Shown: positions 25,080-37,346 of the stretch, one piece after another
How the letters are laid out: each line of letters opens with the position of its first letter
Numbering within the stretch: position 1 is the stretch's first letter
NCBI RefSeq assembly: GCF_018350175.1
Contig: NC_058368.1
Coordinates: 164,984,001 to 165,048,000 of the forward strand
DNA length: 64,000 nucleotides
Direction: 5' to 3'
DNA from: Felis catus
Lineage: Eukaryota
Position numbers and translations under genes: made by a program
The notes under the pieces: model-generated
The model's database searches: none
Told to the model about the DNA's origin: nothing
What the model saw: only the letters and a program-made list of their open reading frames with translations

Positions 25080-26090
25080 GACTTATTCCAAATCTTGACA
25101 AGGAAGTATTCAGTCTTTAACCATTAAATATACGTTTATATTCCCCCTTTCATAATGAGAAAGTTTTCTTCAATTCCGGTTTCTTGATCTTTTTTTTTTT
25201 TATCAATAAGTGTTGAAATGCTGTAAATCTTGTTTTTCCCTGCATTGTTTGAGATATTATTTGTGTTGCTTTATCTTATTAATATAGAGAACTAATTGAT
25301 AGAATTTGAACATTAAACCAAACTTTAATTCTTGGGATGAATCCCTGCTAGACATAATTCTTTGTCCATTTTATATGTTGTTGGATTAAATCTGTTCTTT
25401 TGTTTAGTAATATTATTTCTATATTCTAGGTGTTTTTTTTTTTATTACAGTCAGTGTACTTTGTTTCCTATCCCAGATATCTTGGTGTATTTATGAATAT
25501 TTTCTCCTAAGCCTTTTTTCAAGGAAATTTTATTATTTTACAGTGGCATATATGATCCATTTCACTTTTGTGCATAGGCATCCACAAATGGTACAAATGT
25601 TACTGTACCATTTGTTGAAAAACTATCTTATACCCATAAATTATTTTGACGTGTGTTGAAAATTAATTATGTCTGCTTTTTTACTATGTCTTCTGTTCTA
25701 TTTTTCTACGTTATATCTTATGGTTTTATAACTTTATATTAAGCTTTTGTAATCAGGTGATATAAGACCTCCAACTCTGTTGAATTTGTTTAGGCTATTA
25801 CCTATTTTTGTTTTTCACTTTTCCCACATAAACTTTAGCAGTAGCTTGGCAATCTCTAAAACATGCCTCCTAGAATTTTCATAGATTGTATTAAATCTAC
25901 ATAGATAAGTTTGGGGAGAACTGATATCTCAATAATATAATTTCCCAAACTTGAATTTTTCCTTTTTTTTTTTTGGTTGATTCATTAAATTTTCTATATA
26001 ATCATGTTGTCTGCAAATAAATACCACACACTTTCCAAAGGACTTATATTTCATTTATTTCCATGTTATAGTACAATACTGAGCACAAGT
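25080..26090 (-). mobile_element. highly decayed L1 ORF2 fragments
   Basis: 'gtattcagtctttaaccattaaata', 'ccatttgttgaaaaactatc', 'attaaatctacatagataagtttggggagaactgatatc'. Confidence 0.7.
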
Positions 26091-26169
26091 AGGAGAGGAC
26101 TATAGAAAGGTAGAGTGAGGGCCAGGCATTCCCTCAGCTACTTCGCTTCCTCCACACTGTTTTGTTTCA

Positions 26170-28300
26170 TAAACCATCTTATTGCAACCAAATGAATGAC
26201 TGAGACAAAAATGTCTATCCAAGATCTTTCTGAATTATTGATTCAGAGAAATTGTGAAAGATGATAAAATATCATTGTTTTGAGTGACTGAGTTTTGAGA
26301 TGTTTTTTACATACTAATAGCTAAGCAGAACCAAAAAGTTATGCCTGGAAGTGGAATGCTGTCTTAACAATACCTAAAAATTTTGGCATAAGTTCTGGGG
26401 TTGAGAAGAAGGAAAAGCCAGGAGTGGCCCTGTGAGACTCAAAATGAAAGAATAAAGGATCTCAAGGAGAGTGTTAGTGGACACCTAATGTACCTGAGGA
26501 AGATTTTCAGGGAGAGCTTAAAGGAATACAGAGAAAATACTGGAGTCGATGTAAGTGTGTAGTAGTAGAAATTTGACAACACTGTCAACTGCAGTAAATG
26601 TAGAAATTAGAAAGTGCATGGAAGCTTGATTTGGTTAAAGAGACTTCCAGGCAGAATGTGAAAAATTCTACCTAGCTTCTTCTCATTCCATATGATAAAA
26701 TTCAAGAGGAAAGAGATGAACTACAGAATAAACTTTTAGATAAAAGAGAGCCATTATCTTCTGTATTTGAAAATAAAATTTTCTCAATCCCTATCTGTCT
26801 AGCTAGAAAAACGACAATACCAGAGACAATAACATAAATACAAAACGTTCTCGCATTAATAAATGCTTTAGGGGAAATCTTTAAGTACAGTCCATGCCTC
26901 TAAGATCCTTTACTAAGTCCTCAGGAAGATTTAAAATAATGTCTTATAAATCGTTTTGAAACATACAAATGATTTAAGAAATGCTTTAATGATCCCTTGT
27001 GTTGTACAACAGGTAATTTTTAAGACTCTAAGTGTCAGTTATCCTACAGCAGACTTTCTGAGAGCCCAAAGTAGAGAACAGCATATTTGAATATACTTGT
27101 ATATGTGCCATTTTCTAATAGTGTGGATTGTACATCAAAACATAAGAAACCCACAAAGTTTTAAAAAGGATTAGGCCAACATGATTGAAAGTGACAGAGT
27201 GATAAAGTGAAAAGTAAAAAGAAGCCCTTCGATCTTCAAATTACTATAGGAAGAAAGCGAGCTGAGAAAACTACACAGTTGAAAACACTATGAAAAAAAA
27301 TAATTCATGGGGAAAAATAAATAGCGAAAAATGCATAACCAAGAGTCATTGAGAATAACATATAAAGGAACAGGCACATATTTCCAGCTGGGCTTCAGAA
27401 TTGCTATGGACAGGTGTCTCCTATGTGTTCTTTTCTCCTTCTGTGTATGTATGGGGAATATATGGTTTTCCTATTCCTGTCTCCTTCCGATTGAATTTTG
27501 GAGGTAGTGGTGGAAGGCATATATGTTATCTCTTTAGTTCAGGTTGAGAGAAATGATGTCTAGGAAATTATATCCAAGGAATTGCATCTGAGGGTGCTTA
27601 TATGAACTGGAACATGATTTAGCTATGGAGACATCAAACGTCATACTGATTCTGTAATGAGAGAAGATTTAGAAGTCTTAGGATAGGTGATGGTGACTAT
27701 ATTTTCATGTGAGATGATGTCATGATGAAAAGAAAGATTGGCAGATTATATATTTTAAAGATGGTCATAAGTATCTCACTTCTTATATCATGACTTTGAC
27801 ATTCTTCCCTTCAAGTGGTGGGATTTATATCTTATATCCCCTGCCCTTGAGTCTGAGAAGACTGGAGGCAATGATGGAAATGACTACATGTGTCTTTCTA
27901 GGTTTGGTAATCACAGTGGTGCAACTTTGGCCTTGCACACTGGAACAATTGTGTTGGAATCCTAAGCTGCTTTATACACTATCCAGTGTTTCAAAAGGCT
28001 TCCATGTTGTAAGGACACCCAGTCTAGTTCAGACAGGGAGGCTACATGGAGAGATCCTAGGACTACATCCAAAGAATGAGATGTCAGCCATTCCTCAATT
28101 GCTTCTGCAAACCTCCAACCTACCTGCTCCTATTTCATTACCAGCCACTATCTGGTTATGACCTCATGAATTAGCTCAACCAGAACTGTGAATTGAGCCC
28201 TTTCTGAATTCTTGATGCACAGAAACTGGGAAATAGGAAAAGATTTGGGGGTAATTTTAGACCACTAAGTTTGAGTAATTTTTTTATGCAGATGTAGAAC
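26170..28300 (+). mobile_element. MaLR provirus (MLT1G/H-like): partial 5' LTR, internal region, 3' LTR
   Basis: LTR end ...tagctaagcagaac (~26331), MaLR-internal start 'gcctggaagtggaatgctgtcttaacaatacctaaaa', purine tract gaaaagaaag near 27728, second LTR ~27737-28300. Confidence 0.75.
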
Positions 28301-28307
28301 ATCTGCA

Positions 28308-28364
28308 TAACAAGAACCCTTAACCAGTTAAAGGGTTGTTAACAAGAACCCTTAACCAGTTAAA
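28308..28364. repeat. 25-bp direct duplication with inverted spacer
   Basis: taacaagaacccttaaccagttaaa at 28308-28332 and 28340-28364. Confidence 0.95.
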
Positions 28365-29400
28365 TTTTTATTTCAGATTTATTAGGTATTGGGTCTTATT
28401 TCTCAAGTTTTGATTCTTTTATTTATATTCTATTTCTCTCATCATGTTTGTGTTTTTTTTTTAGTTTCCTTGAGCATGTTTATAGCTATTTTAATGCCTA
28501 GTTCATATTTCATCATTTCTGTTATCTGCATCAGTTTTTATTAACTGATTATTCTCTGGATTATGAGTCATATTTTTCTACTTCCTTGTGTACTTAATAA
28601 GTTTTTGGTTGGGTATTGGACATTGTAAGTTTTATTTTTGAGTTTTATTTTTTTCTTTTTTATTCTTTGAAGACTCTTGAATTTTGTTTTGAGTAGCAGT
28701 TTATTTGTGGATTAAATTATAAACCTTCAGAGGTCTCTCTTGAATGCCCCAGGTATTTAGTAATTTCTTTGCACTCTGCATGATCAGAATTTAAATGTCT
28801 CTTATCCCAACATGTGATCATTTAGGAATTATTCAGTACCACTCTCTCCCCACCAAACCCAGTACTGGTTCTCTACCTAGACCCTAGGAGTTTTATTCTA
28901 GCCATTCCATGCTTAATGTTTAATGACAGAGTCAAAGGAAGCTTTATGAAAATTTATGGAACTCTTGGGGTTAGCTATCTACTATCTTGTACTTTGCCCC
29001 TCAAATTCCAGCCCCCTTTATATGTCTGACCAAACACTGAAAGGCTGCTATTGTCTGTTTCTTTTAGTTCTTCCTGCATAACAATATGGAAGGTGCTTCC
29101 AGAAGAAAGCTGGACAGATTGTAATAGTCCAGTTATCTTCCTTCTCTTAGGAATCACAGTCCCGTGCTGTCTTTGTTCCAGTGTTTGAAAACACATATTT
29201 CATATATTTTGACCTATTTTCTCATTCTTTTTTTTTTTTTTAATGGAACACTTCACGAATTTGTATGTCATCCTTGAGCTGGGGCCACGCTAATCTTCTC
29301 TGTATCATTCCAATATTATTATATATGCTGCCAAAGCGAGCACCTATTTTCTTATTCTTTATTGTAAGAGGCCCAGGTACTTCATCATAGTTGGAAGTGA
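28365..29400 (-). mobile_element. old L1 (L1MD/L1ME-like) 5' region
   Basis: T-rich sequence with 'ggattatgagtcatatttttctacttccttg', 'ttggacattgtaagtttta', 'cttaggaatcacagtcccgtgctg'. Confidence 0.65.
29231..29343 (-). pseudogene. RNU6: U6 snRNA processed pseudogene with poly(A) tail
   Basis: Reverse complement of 29243-29343 aligns ungapped to U6 (GTGCTCGCTT...GTTCCAT), about 11 substitutions by eye; T-run 29228-29241; TSD ctattttct(c/t)attcttt at 29214-29230 and 29344-29360. Confidence 0.97.
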
Positions 29401-29653
29401 TAGTCTCAAGTCTCCGTAATCCTAATTTTTTAAATGTCTAAATTATCACCATTTTTCTTCCTATGGCATGTTCTAATTTTTTTTTTTTTTTGTAACTTTA
29501 TCTTCCAGTTTGGTAAATCCGTCTGGTCATCCTTCCAGTCTATCTAGTGTTTTCTTTAAAGGCCACATTTTCAAGTGTACTGTTTTTGTTTTATTCTTGG
29601 CATTTCCTTTAAAGTATCCTTGTTATTTTAAAGATTGTATTTTTTTCTTTACA

Positions 29654-29897
29654 CTTTTTTAATTGAGGGAGAGAGAGAATGGGTGCAAGTGAGCAAGGTT
29701 GGAGAGAGAAAGAGGGAGAGAGAGAAAGAGAAAGAAAGAGAAAAAGAGAGCGATGTAGGGCTCACCCAAAGCGGGGCTTGTGTTCACCAGAAGTGGGGTT
29801 TAAGTTCACCCCATGAGGGTCTCATGAACTCATAAACTGTGGGATCATGACCTGAGCCAAAGTAACATGCTTAACTGACTGAGCCACTCAGGTGCCC
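29654..29897 (-). mobile_element. CanSINE variant with internally repeated ~20-nt unit
   Basis: Head ends ggtgccc; 3-4 decayed copies of a (t/c)ggggct...cacc unit; ttttctttaca on both flanks. Confidence 0.85.
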
Positions 29898-30929
29898 TCT
29901 TTTTCTTTACAAGTTTTTATCATTAAGTCCTTATCATCTTTAAATATTCAGCTATTCTCTTGTTTGTATTATCTCATATTAGTGGATTCTCCTGTGTTTG
30001 GTGAATTTTGCCTTTGGATGTCAAATCAATAGGTGTTTTCCTCTGTGAAAATCTCAGTTATACCTGTGTCTTAGATTAAGCGAAATAAGTTGTCCTTGTA
30101 CAATATTTTGAGTTTGTTTTAGCCAGGGTCATGTGGACTGGTTAAAGACCAGATTTATATTAGTTTCTCAGTTTGAGTTTAATTTTCTGTATGATTGATT
30201 TGATTTGAGGCCTGGTACTTCTGTATGTATAATCCCTAGTTTTCTAATATCCTTTAATGCTTTTAAAAAATTACTTTTTTTAAATTCCAGTCAAGATTTG
30301 GGACTGGTAGCTTGCTTTTGGCAGTGCCCAGTTTGTGTCCATGCCAGTAGGCGCAAAGTTTTGTTCCTAGTTTTGATGTCCATATGATGTCCTATTTTGA
30401 TGTCCGTTCCTATGTCCATATCTCTCTTTTGTCCGTGCTCTCTGATATGTAAACAAACAATCTGTTATCGAAATTTGTTATTTATCAATCTGTTCTTTAT
30501 CAAGAACAGATATGACTGCCTTAAGTTCACTCCTATAATAGGTGCCTAAACCTCAAATTGTATGCCCACCTCCAATATATTTAATGCAGTGTTTGTGTAC
30601 TAGAATAAAGAAGGAAGTCTTGTCATGTAGCTTTGATATGACATCTTGAGCAGGAATTGTTATATGAATATGATCTCTCCTCCTTGTCAGAGTAACTTAC
30701 ATCTGTGAATTCTGTTGGATAATCAACCAAATATGATTTTCTTTGATTATGTAGGTAGTTTGATATGTTGTATTAGTGATACATGAAATGAAACTCTGGT
30801 TTATGATTCTGAAATTGTTGTATTTTGCTCTCTACCAGAAATTATCCTAGGTGTCCAAGGGGAGCATAAATAATGTGGCTCACCAGCCCCTCTGACCACA
30901 TAGAGCATTCTCCAGGACTGCAGACAGTC

Positions 30930-31265
30930 AAGGGCTGGTTCCTTTAAATTCTAGTTGCCTTTTTAAAACCATAGCTTTTTTTTTTCTTTTTCCCTATGTC
31001 CCAGGGCAGGGGATTCAGCTTCTAGTCCCTCAGTAGTGTTTCTCCCATCAATTCAGTTACCTTCTCTGGAGCTGGGGTTCCTGTGATTACCCTGTCTCTA
31101 TATCTTGCTGTTCCCACATGGTTCTCTATCTTTTGGGGTACAGATGATGTTCAGTAAGTCCTCAGTTCTTCTCTAGTATGAATTGCTCTATATGTAGGTT
31201 TACATTTGGTGTTTCACGGAAGAGGTAAATTCCAAGTCTTCCTGTATTGCCATCATAAACCCTCC
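30930..31265 (-). mobile_element. isolated L1 5' UTR start (laurasiatherian/carnivore type)
   Basis: Minus strand reads gatggcaatacaggaagacttggaatttacctcttcc...acaccaaatgtaaacctacatatagagcaattc...gaagaactgagg, resembling an L1 5' terminus. Confidence 0.75.
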
Positions 31266-33734
31266 CCTAGTCATTAAATTATGTATATGCCCTTCTATAT
31301 TTGTGAAAAATTCTATGAATTCTGTTAGGATTTTAAAAAGTCTTGAAAGAGATTACATTTAAATAGGCTATAATATTTATGGATAATATAGTTTGTTTCA
31401 ATATAATATAGAAGTTAGTGGATTATTGGTTTTAAAAGATTGGGTATGACTTGGCCAGTTTTGCACCTGGATGATAGCTACATAGGGGTATATTATACTA
31501 TTCTCTCTACCTTTTAAAGGATAAAAATTTTTCATTAAAAATGTTTTTTCAAATATAGGTTTTTAAACTTTTTAAGCAATCGTAAAATTATGGCATTTCC
31601 ATGAATTCGTTTACTACAATTAAAGATATGTAATTTGCATTTAAAAATCTAAACTCACTATTTATTGGTAAAGTTGTGCTATTTAAAGCAGAAAATTTCA
31701 AAATTGAATCTAAATAGAAAACAAATCTATTGAAAAGCTAATAAACCCTAAGCAGGAACCTCATTACGCAACAGGGCCTTATTATCAATTCCATTTATTG
31801 TTAATGACATACACTTGGAGCGATGGTTCTAACAGAGGCTTAATTTGGAGACAAAACAGCAAACTTCTAAGGCCTTTTTTTTCTTTTGTAGTAAGTTTCT
31901 CCGTGTGACATTTGAAAAATGCAAAGAATATTTTATTGTTGGAAACTAATTTTCAAAGGAATATATCCTCTTTGAATGAACAATATAGGAAGATAATTGG
32001 GGTGGGGGAGAAAAAGATGTGGAATGTATGTTGAACATTTTCCCAAATGAATGTAGCTAGGACCAAGTCCAGATTACACTAATATTAAAGACATTATGTC
32101 ATTTGCTACTTTTGAATGCCTTTTGGCATGCAGTACAAGGACCATAGCTGGGGCTTTTAGCTTGTTATTGATATATTTAATGAAACCATCCTCATATATT
32201 GTTAGTTGTCCTTTTTAAAACAAAAGTGGTTTTCCTGAAATGGCTTATCTTTTTGATATTTTTCAATTTCTTCTTTCTGTTATTTTCCGGGCAATATTAA
32301 TCAAGCAGAAAGATAGCATTTTTGAAGCATGGATACTAACCTTCTAGAGACTCATTTGGACTAGGAAAAAAGCATGATATTATATTCTTATTCTAAGATT
32401 CACTAGATTTGCTTGAGAGTAAGCTAAACTACAGTTAAAAGAATCCTGCCTTTTCTAAAGCAGGCTGTTTGCACCCAGGGAAATTTTTATGTCCCTTGTG
32501 GTTGAAGGCACTTTTAATCTACTCTGGAACTAGTTTGAGTTATTAAAGAAGATTGTAAACCTTCGCTATTGCTAAGGTCTGTTCAGGTCTGTTCCTCAGA
32601 ACACCTTAGTGCAAACTAAAGGACATGAAGCCTGGATTCTTTTCTTTGATAGAGTATATTTCTACTACATCAAATACATCTCTGGATACTGGGTGAAGGA
32701 GTTTCCCTGTATCTGTGTCTCATTAGTCTCTATACCTTGTCCTCTAAAGGTCCTCCTTCTATATAGAAGAGGAGGAAGCATCAAATTTTCTTTTATTTAA
32801 TGATAATCTTTATCAATATGAATTTTGGAAACTAATAAACAATATAAGCCTTTGGATATTAAAATACTTCTTATCTCTAACTGGAGATAAGATATGGCCT
32901 ACTATATTTCTAGAATGGAACCACTTAGCCTGAAGGTAATACATATTTTTTTTTCATTTTTTTCTGATAAGAAGGAGTCACTTCTCTTTGATTTATAGTT
33001 CTCATAAGGAAGGTAATATATTTCATGATTAATTTTAGCTCCAAATCATTTGCATATTGAATAAGAGATTCAGAAAAGACTGAGAAAGTAACTATGAACC
33101 TTTATTTACATTTAATAATCAATATGATTTTTGCATTCAACACATATTTTTTATCATAGCTCTTTTTTAAAATGAATTTTGTGGAAATATATTGGCAGGA
33201 TAGTTACCATTTTAGATCACCTTTTTATATTCTAAATGTAAATATAGATACTTGTTTCTGACTATGCCCCACTTCCAGACCCCACTGTCTACCTCAGCCC
33301 CTGTAAAGTCAACTAGATTAGCAAAGACTAGTTTTGCTTAAATGCAATCTTACTTTGTCTTCTCTAGGGCCTAGTTCATGTACCTCTGCAATTTGTGAAG
33401 TCTGTAGCTAATTACTGGGACTCATTCATGAGCCACTCAAACTTCAGGGGCATTAACACCCTTGGCACCACATCCTTGACCAACGAGAACAGGAAAACAA
33501 CGCATAAAATGCCTTCTTTTTTTGTCCAAGGGGAAGGCAGATCAGAAGGTATTGCCATATCAACATGGGGCTTCTATGTAGGTAACTAACCCAATAACGC
33601 ACAATATTGGCTTTCCTCCTTTTATGTTCCACAGTGCTTTGTGTCTCACCCCTCAACATCTCAAAACAATCCAAAATAAACCTTTGTCTCAGACTCTGCT
33701 AAAATAAGTTTTTAATCTGGCATAGTTTGCCTCA

Positions 33735-33918
33735 AGTAAAATCCTGACTCTTATAGCAATTGTTACCTTAAAGTGCTAATAATTTCCCTGAGCTTCCCAT
33801 TTTTTTATATGTAAAATACGGATTATACATACCTCAAGTAATATTATAAGGATTAAAATTACATAATATGTGTAAATTATTTAGGATAGGTTTTGCTTTT
33901 AGTGAGCACTATAGAAGC
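33735..33918 (+). mobile_element. MIR SINE
   Basis: 'aaatcctgactct...ccctgagcttccc...tgtaaaat..ggat...acctca...taaggattaaa...tagtgagcact'. Confidence 0.7.
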
Positions 33919-33931
33919 TTGTGATTGTATT

Positions 33932-34145
33932 TTTTTTTAAGAATTTGGACTTTTTTAAAGTTTATTTATTTTGAGAGAAACAATGTGTGTGTGAGTGGGA
34001 AAGGGAGAGAGAAAGAGGAAGAGAGAGAATCCCAAACAAACTCCATGCTGTCCCTCCCAGGGCTTGATCTCATGAACCGTGAGATCATGACTGGACCTGA
34101 AACCAAGAGTTGGACTTTTAATGAACTGAGCCGCCCATGTGCCCC
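33932..34145 (-). mobile_element. CanSINE
   Basis: Reverse SINE ending gtgcccc; near-TSD tgatt(g/t)tatttt. Confidence 0.92.
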
Positions 34146-34636
34146 TCATGATTTTATTTTGTCCCATATACATTATCTAATTTAAAAGTAACCATTTTAT
34201 GAATTTTACAAAGTCACACAAATTATATGTGTCAGAATATTTAATGACTTTATTAATATATATATTAATATAAATGCTATTCTATATACTCTAGGCTCAC
34301 TGTCTTTCATAAAAAAGCTTACTTTTTATTAAAATTTAGTTATTATCTGATTTTTCCCTCTTCTTCCCTTTGAAAGATCTCTGCTAACCCAATTTATTAA
34401 TAATAATGTATTTAGTACAAAAGTCTTATTTGTCTTGAATTCTCCAAAAATGCAAGTTGTAAAAGCTTTTAATTTGAACTAAATTGTACAAGTTATGATT
34501 CTCATTAAATTTACTACATAATCAAAGTTCTAGGGTTTATTATGCAGCATTTAATTATAGCTTGTCAAGACTGTGGATTTGAAAACATTCTTATATGAAG
34601 AAAATTATAGGAAACATTAAAAGTTTGAGTGATGGA

Positions 34637-34800
34637 AGGGTGCCTGGGTGGCTCAGTCAGTTAAGCATCTGACTTTGGCTCAGGTCATGATCTCAGGGTT
34701 CGTAGGTCTAAGCCCCACAACAGGCTTTGTGCTGACGATGCAGAGCCTGCTTGGGATTCTCTCTCTCTCCCTTTCTCTCTGTCCATTCCCCATTTGTGTT

Positions 34801-34836
<36 letters not shown>

Positions 34837-34868
34837 AAAATAAATAAATAAACTAAAATATTAAAAAA
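34637..34868 (+). mobile_element. CanSINE
   Basis: Long (CT)n; near-TSD aaaagtt(t/c)g(a/t)gtgat. Confidence 0.94.
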
Positions 34869-34914
34869 AGTTCGTGTGATAGAATTTACCTTAATGACCT
34901 ATTTATCCACTTAT

Positions 34915-35320
34915 TGTGGTAGAGAGTAAAAATTATTCAATTTCTAATAAAGAGGTAGAGAATATCACTACCCTTGAATTTGTTCTCAACCTTAAAATTT
35001 ACTGTGGGCCCTAAAATGGAGCAGTACTGATGGTGTACTAGGTCCAAGTCTAAACCTCAAGATATTCAAGACGTTTCCACTTTCTCTGGAAACTCTGAGG
35101 ATGTCATGTGGAACATATTTCTACAAGAGAGAAAATACATGAAAAGCCATACTAAGCAAGTTCATCAGACCAGTCAGTTCTGTAGGCTCCACCAGCCTGT
35201 CCTCAGACATATTAGATGGTCCAGCCAAGATCAACCTAATCCAGTAAATTCAAACAGTACATCCCAGAAAACAGGTAGGAACAGGAGAAATAAATATTAT
35301 GGTCTTAAAGCAATTATGTA
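34915..35320 (+). mobile_element. MaLR LTR, MLT1H-like, diverged
   Basis: Starts tgtggtaga; 'aagaggtagag..cccttgaat', 'ccagccaagatca', 'aaataaatattatggtcttaaagca'. Confidence 0.6.
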
Positions 35321-35574
35321 ATTTTTCAGGTTTATTGAGGTATAATAGCAAAAAATAAACTTCACCTGTTTTAGGTGTACAGGTATGTGCATTTTGACCA
35401 ACTTAATAAACACCACCACAATGATATCTACTATTTCTGCCATCCCAAAGAATATAGACTGTTTCTATCATCCATTTGTAATCAAATAACCCACCACAAC
35501 CACTGCTTTAGTCCTTGGTAAATGGTGATCTAATTTCTGTCCCCATTGTTTGACCTTTCTTGAAATGTCTTATA

Positions 35575-35780
35575 GGGGCACCTGGGTGGTTCAGTCAGTT
35601 AAGTATCCAACTCGGTTTCGACTCAGGTCATGATCTCACAGTTTCATGAGTTTAAGTCCCACATTGGGCTCTGCACTGACAGTGTGGAGACTGCTTGGAA
35701 TTTTCTCTCTCTCTCTTTGTCCCTCCTCTGCTCACATGTTTCTGTGTCTCTCAAAATAAATAAATAACATAAAAAAATTT
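35575..35780 (+). mobile_element. CanSINE
   Basis: TSD aaatgtcttata at 35563-35574 and 35781-35792. Confidence 0.95.
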
Positions 35781-36450
35781 AAATGTCTTATAAATGGAGT
35801 CATAAGACATATTTCCTTTTGAGTCTGTTCCTGAGTTCATTCATGGTACTCCTTTTGGGACTCATTCATGTCATGCATGAATTACACACATTCCTTTTTT
35901 ATGCTGAGTGTAGTGTAGATAAACAGTGATGTGTTTATCCATTAGGTAGTTGATGACTTTTTGTGTTATTTCCAGGTTTTGAAAATTGTGAATAAAAGGA
36001 CCATAAACATTTGTGTACAGGCATTTGTATAGATCTACATCTTAATTTCTTTTGTATCTAGCATATGAATTTATAGCTTTGTCCACTTGCCAGGACTTGT
36101 TTTTGTCAAGTCTTTCATTACTTGCTTCATTCTTTCTTTTTCTTCTTCTCCTTCTTCTTTTTAGCGTTTGATTAGATGTGTGGTATCTCACTGTGGTGTT
36201 AATTTGCATGTGCCTAATGACTGATGATAGTGAGCATCTTTACATGTGTTTATTGTAATCCAAATCTCTTCTGTAGTCAATTATCTTTTCGTGTATTTTA
36301 CCCACTTTTATTATTTTGTTTCTTATTAGTGATTTTTCAAATTTCTTTGTGTATTCTGGTTACCAGGACTTTATTAAATGTGTTTTGCAAACATTATTTT
36401 CTGACACTATTGCTTTTCTTTTCTTTTCTTTTCTTTTAAAATGTTGTTTT

Positions 36451-36691
36451 GGGGTACCTAGGAGCCTCAGTCAGTTGAGTGCCTGACTCTTGGTTTTGCC
36501 TCAGGTCATGTTCCCAGTGTTGTGGGACTGAGCTCCTTGTCAGGCTCTGTGCTCAGTGTAAAGCCTGTTTAAGGTTCTCTCTCCTTTCTCCCTTCCCCAA
36601 CTCATGTGTGCTCTAAAAAAGAAGAAGAAGAAGAAGAAGCAGAAGAAGAAGAAGAAGAAGAAGAAGAAGAAAAGAAAAAGAAAGAAAGAAC
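36451..36691 (+). mobile_element. CanSINE with (GAA)n-expanded tail
   Basis: Near-TSD aaaatg(t/a)tgtttt; (GAA)n at 36621-36670. Confidence 0.92.
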
Positions 36692-37131
36692 AAAAATGAT
36701 GTTTTGCAAAAAGCAGGTTTTGTGTATGTTCTGTCTAAAAAATCAATATCAGATTTTCTCCTGTTTTCTTCTAGGTAGAAGTTTTCAATTTTAGCTTTTA
36801 CTTTTATATTTACATTGTTATTTGCCTTGCACAAGAATGTATAATTGTTTCAAAGTACTTCTCTATTGAATAACAGTGCTCACTTTGTCAAAACAATTTG
36901 TTTATATGCATGTGGGTCTATTTCTGTACCTTTCATTGTATCCCATTAATATTTGACTATCATTTTCCTAATACCATACTATATGATTACTATAGCTTTA
37001 TAGAAAATCTTAAAATCTGGTAGTGTGAGGCTTACAACTTTGTTTTCATTTTTCAAAATAGTTTTGGCAATTTTTGATTTCTTGCTTTTCCATATAAAGT
37101 TTAGCTCAGCTTGTAGATTAAAAGTAGCCTT

Positions 37132-37346
37132 GGGGCACCTGGGTGGCTCAGTCAGCTAAGGGGCCAACTTTGGCTCAGGTCATGATTTCGTGGTCCGTGA
37201 GTTTGAGCCCCGTGTCGGGCTCTGTGCTGACAGCTCAGAGCCTAGAGCCTGTTTCAGATTTTGTGTCTTCCTCTCTCTGACCCTCCCCCATTCATGCTCT
37301 GTCTCTCTCTGTCTCAAAAATAAATAAACGTTAAAAATTAAAAAAA
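37132..37346 (+). mobile_element. felid SINEC
   Basis: TSD aaaagtagcct. Confidence 0.95.

Noticed and set aside
27790..28161. 123-aa ORF
   Set aside because: Lies entirely in an MLT1 LTR; no recognisable domain
28308..28364. CRISPR-like repeat-spacer-repeat
   Set aside because: Only two units, a 7-nt spacer, mammalian DNA and no cas genes
32572..32780. 10-bp tandem duplication (aggtctgttc x2) and an imperfect palindrome around ttctatatagaa
   Set aside because: Too short to distinguish from ordinary slippage or chance
36606..36834. Poly-Glu and poly-Leu ORFs
   Set aside because: Translations of the (GAA)n SINE tail
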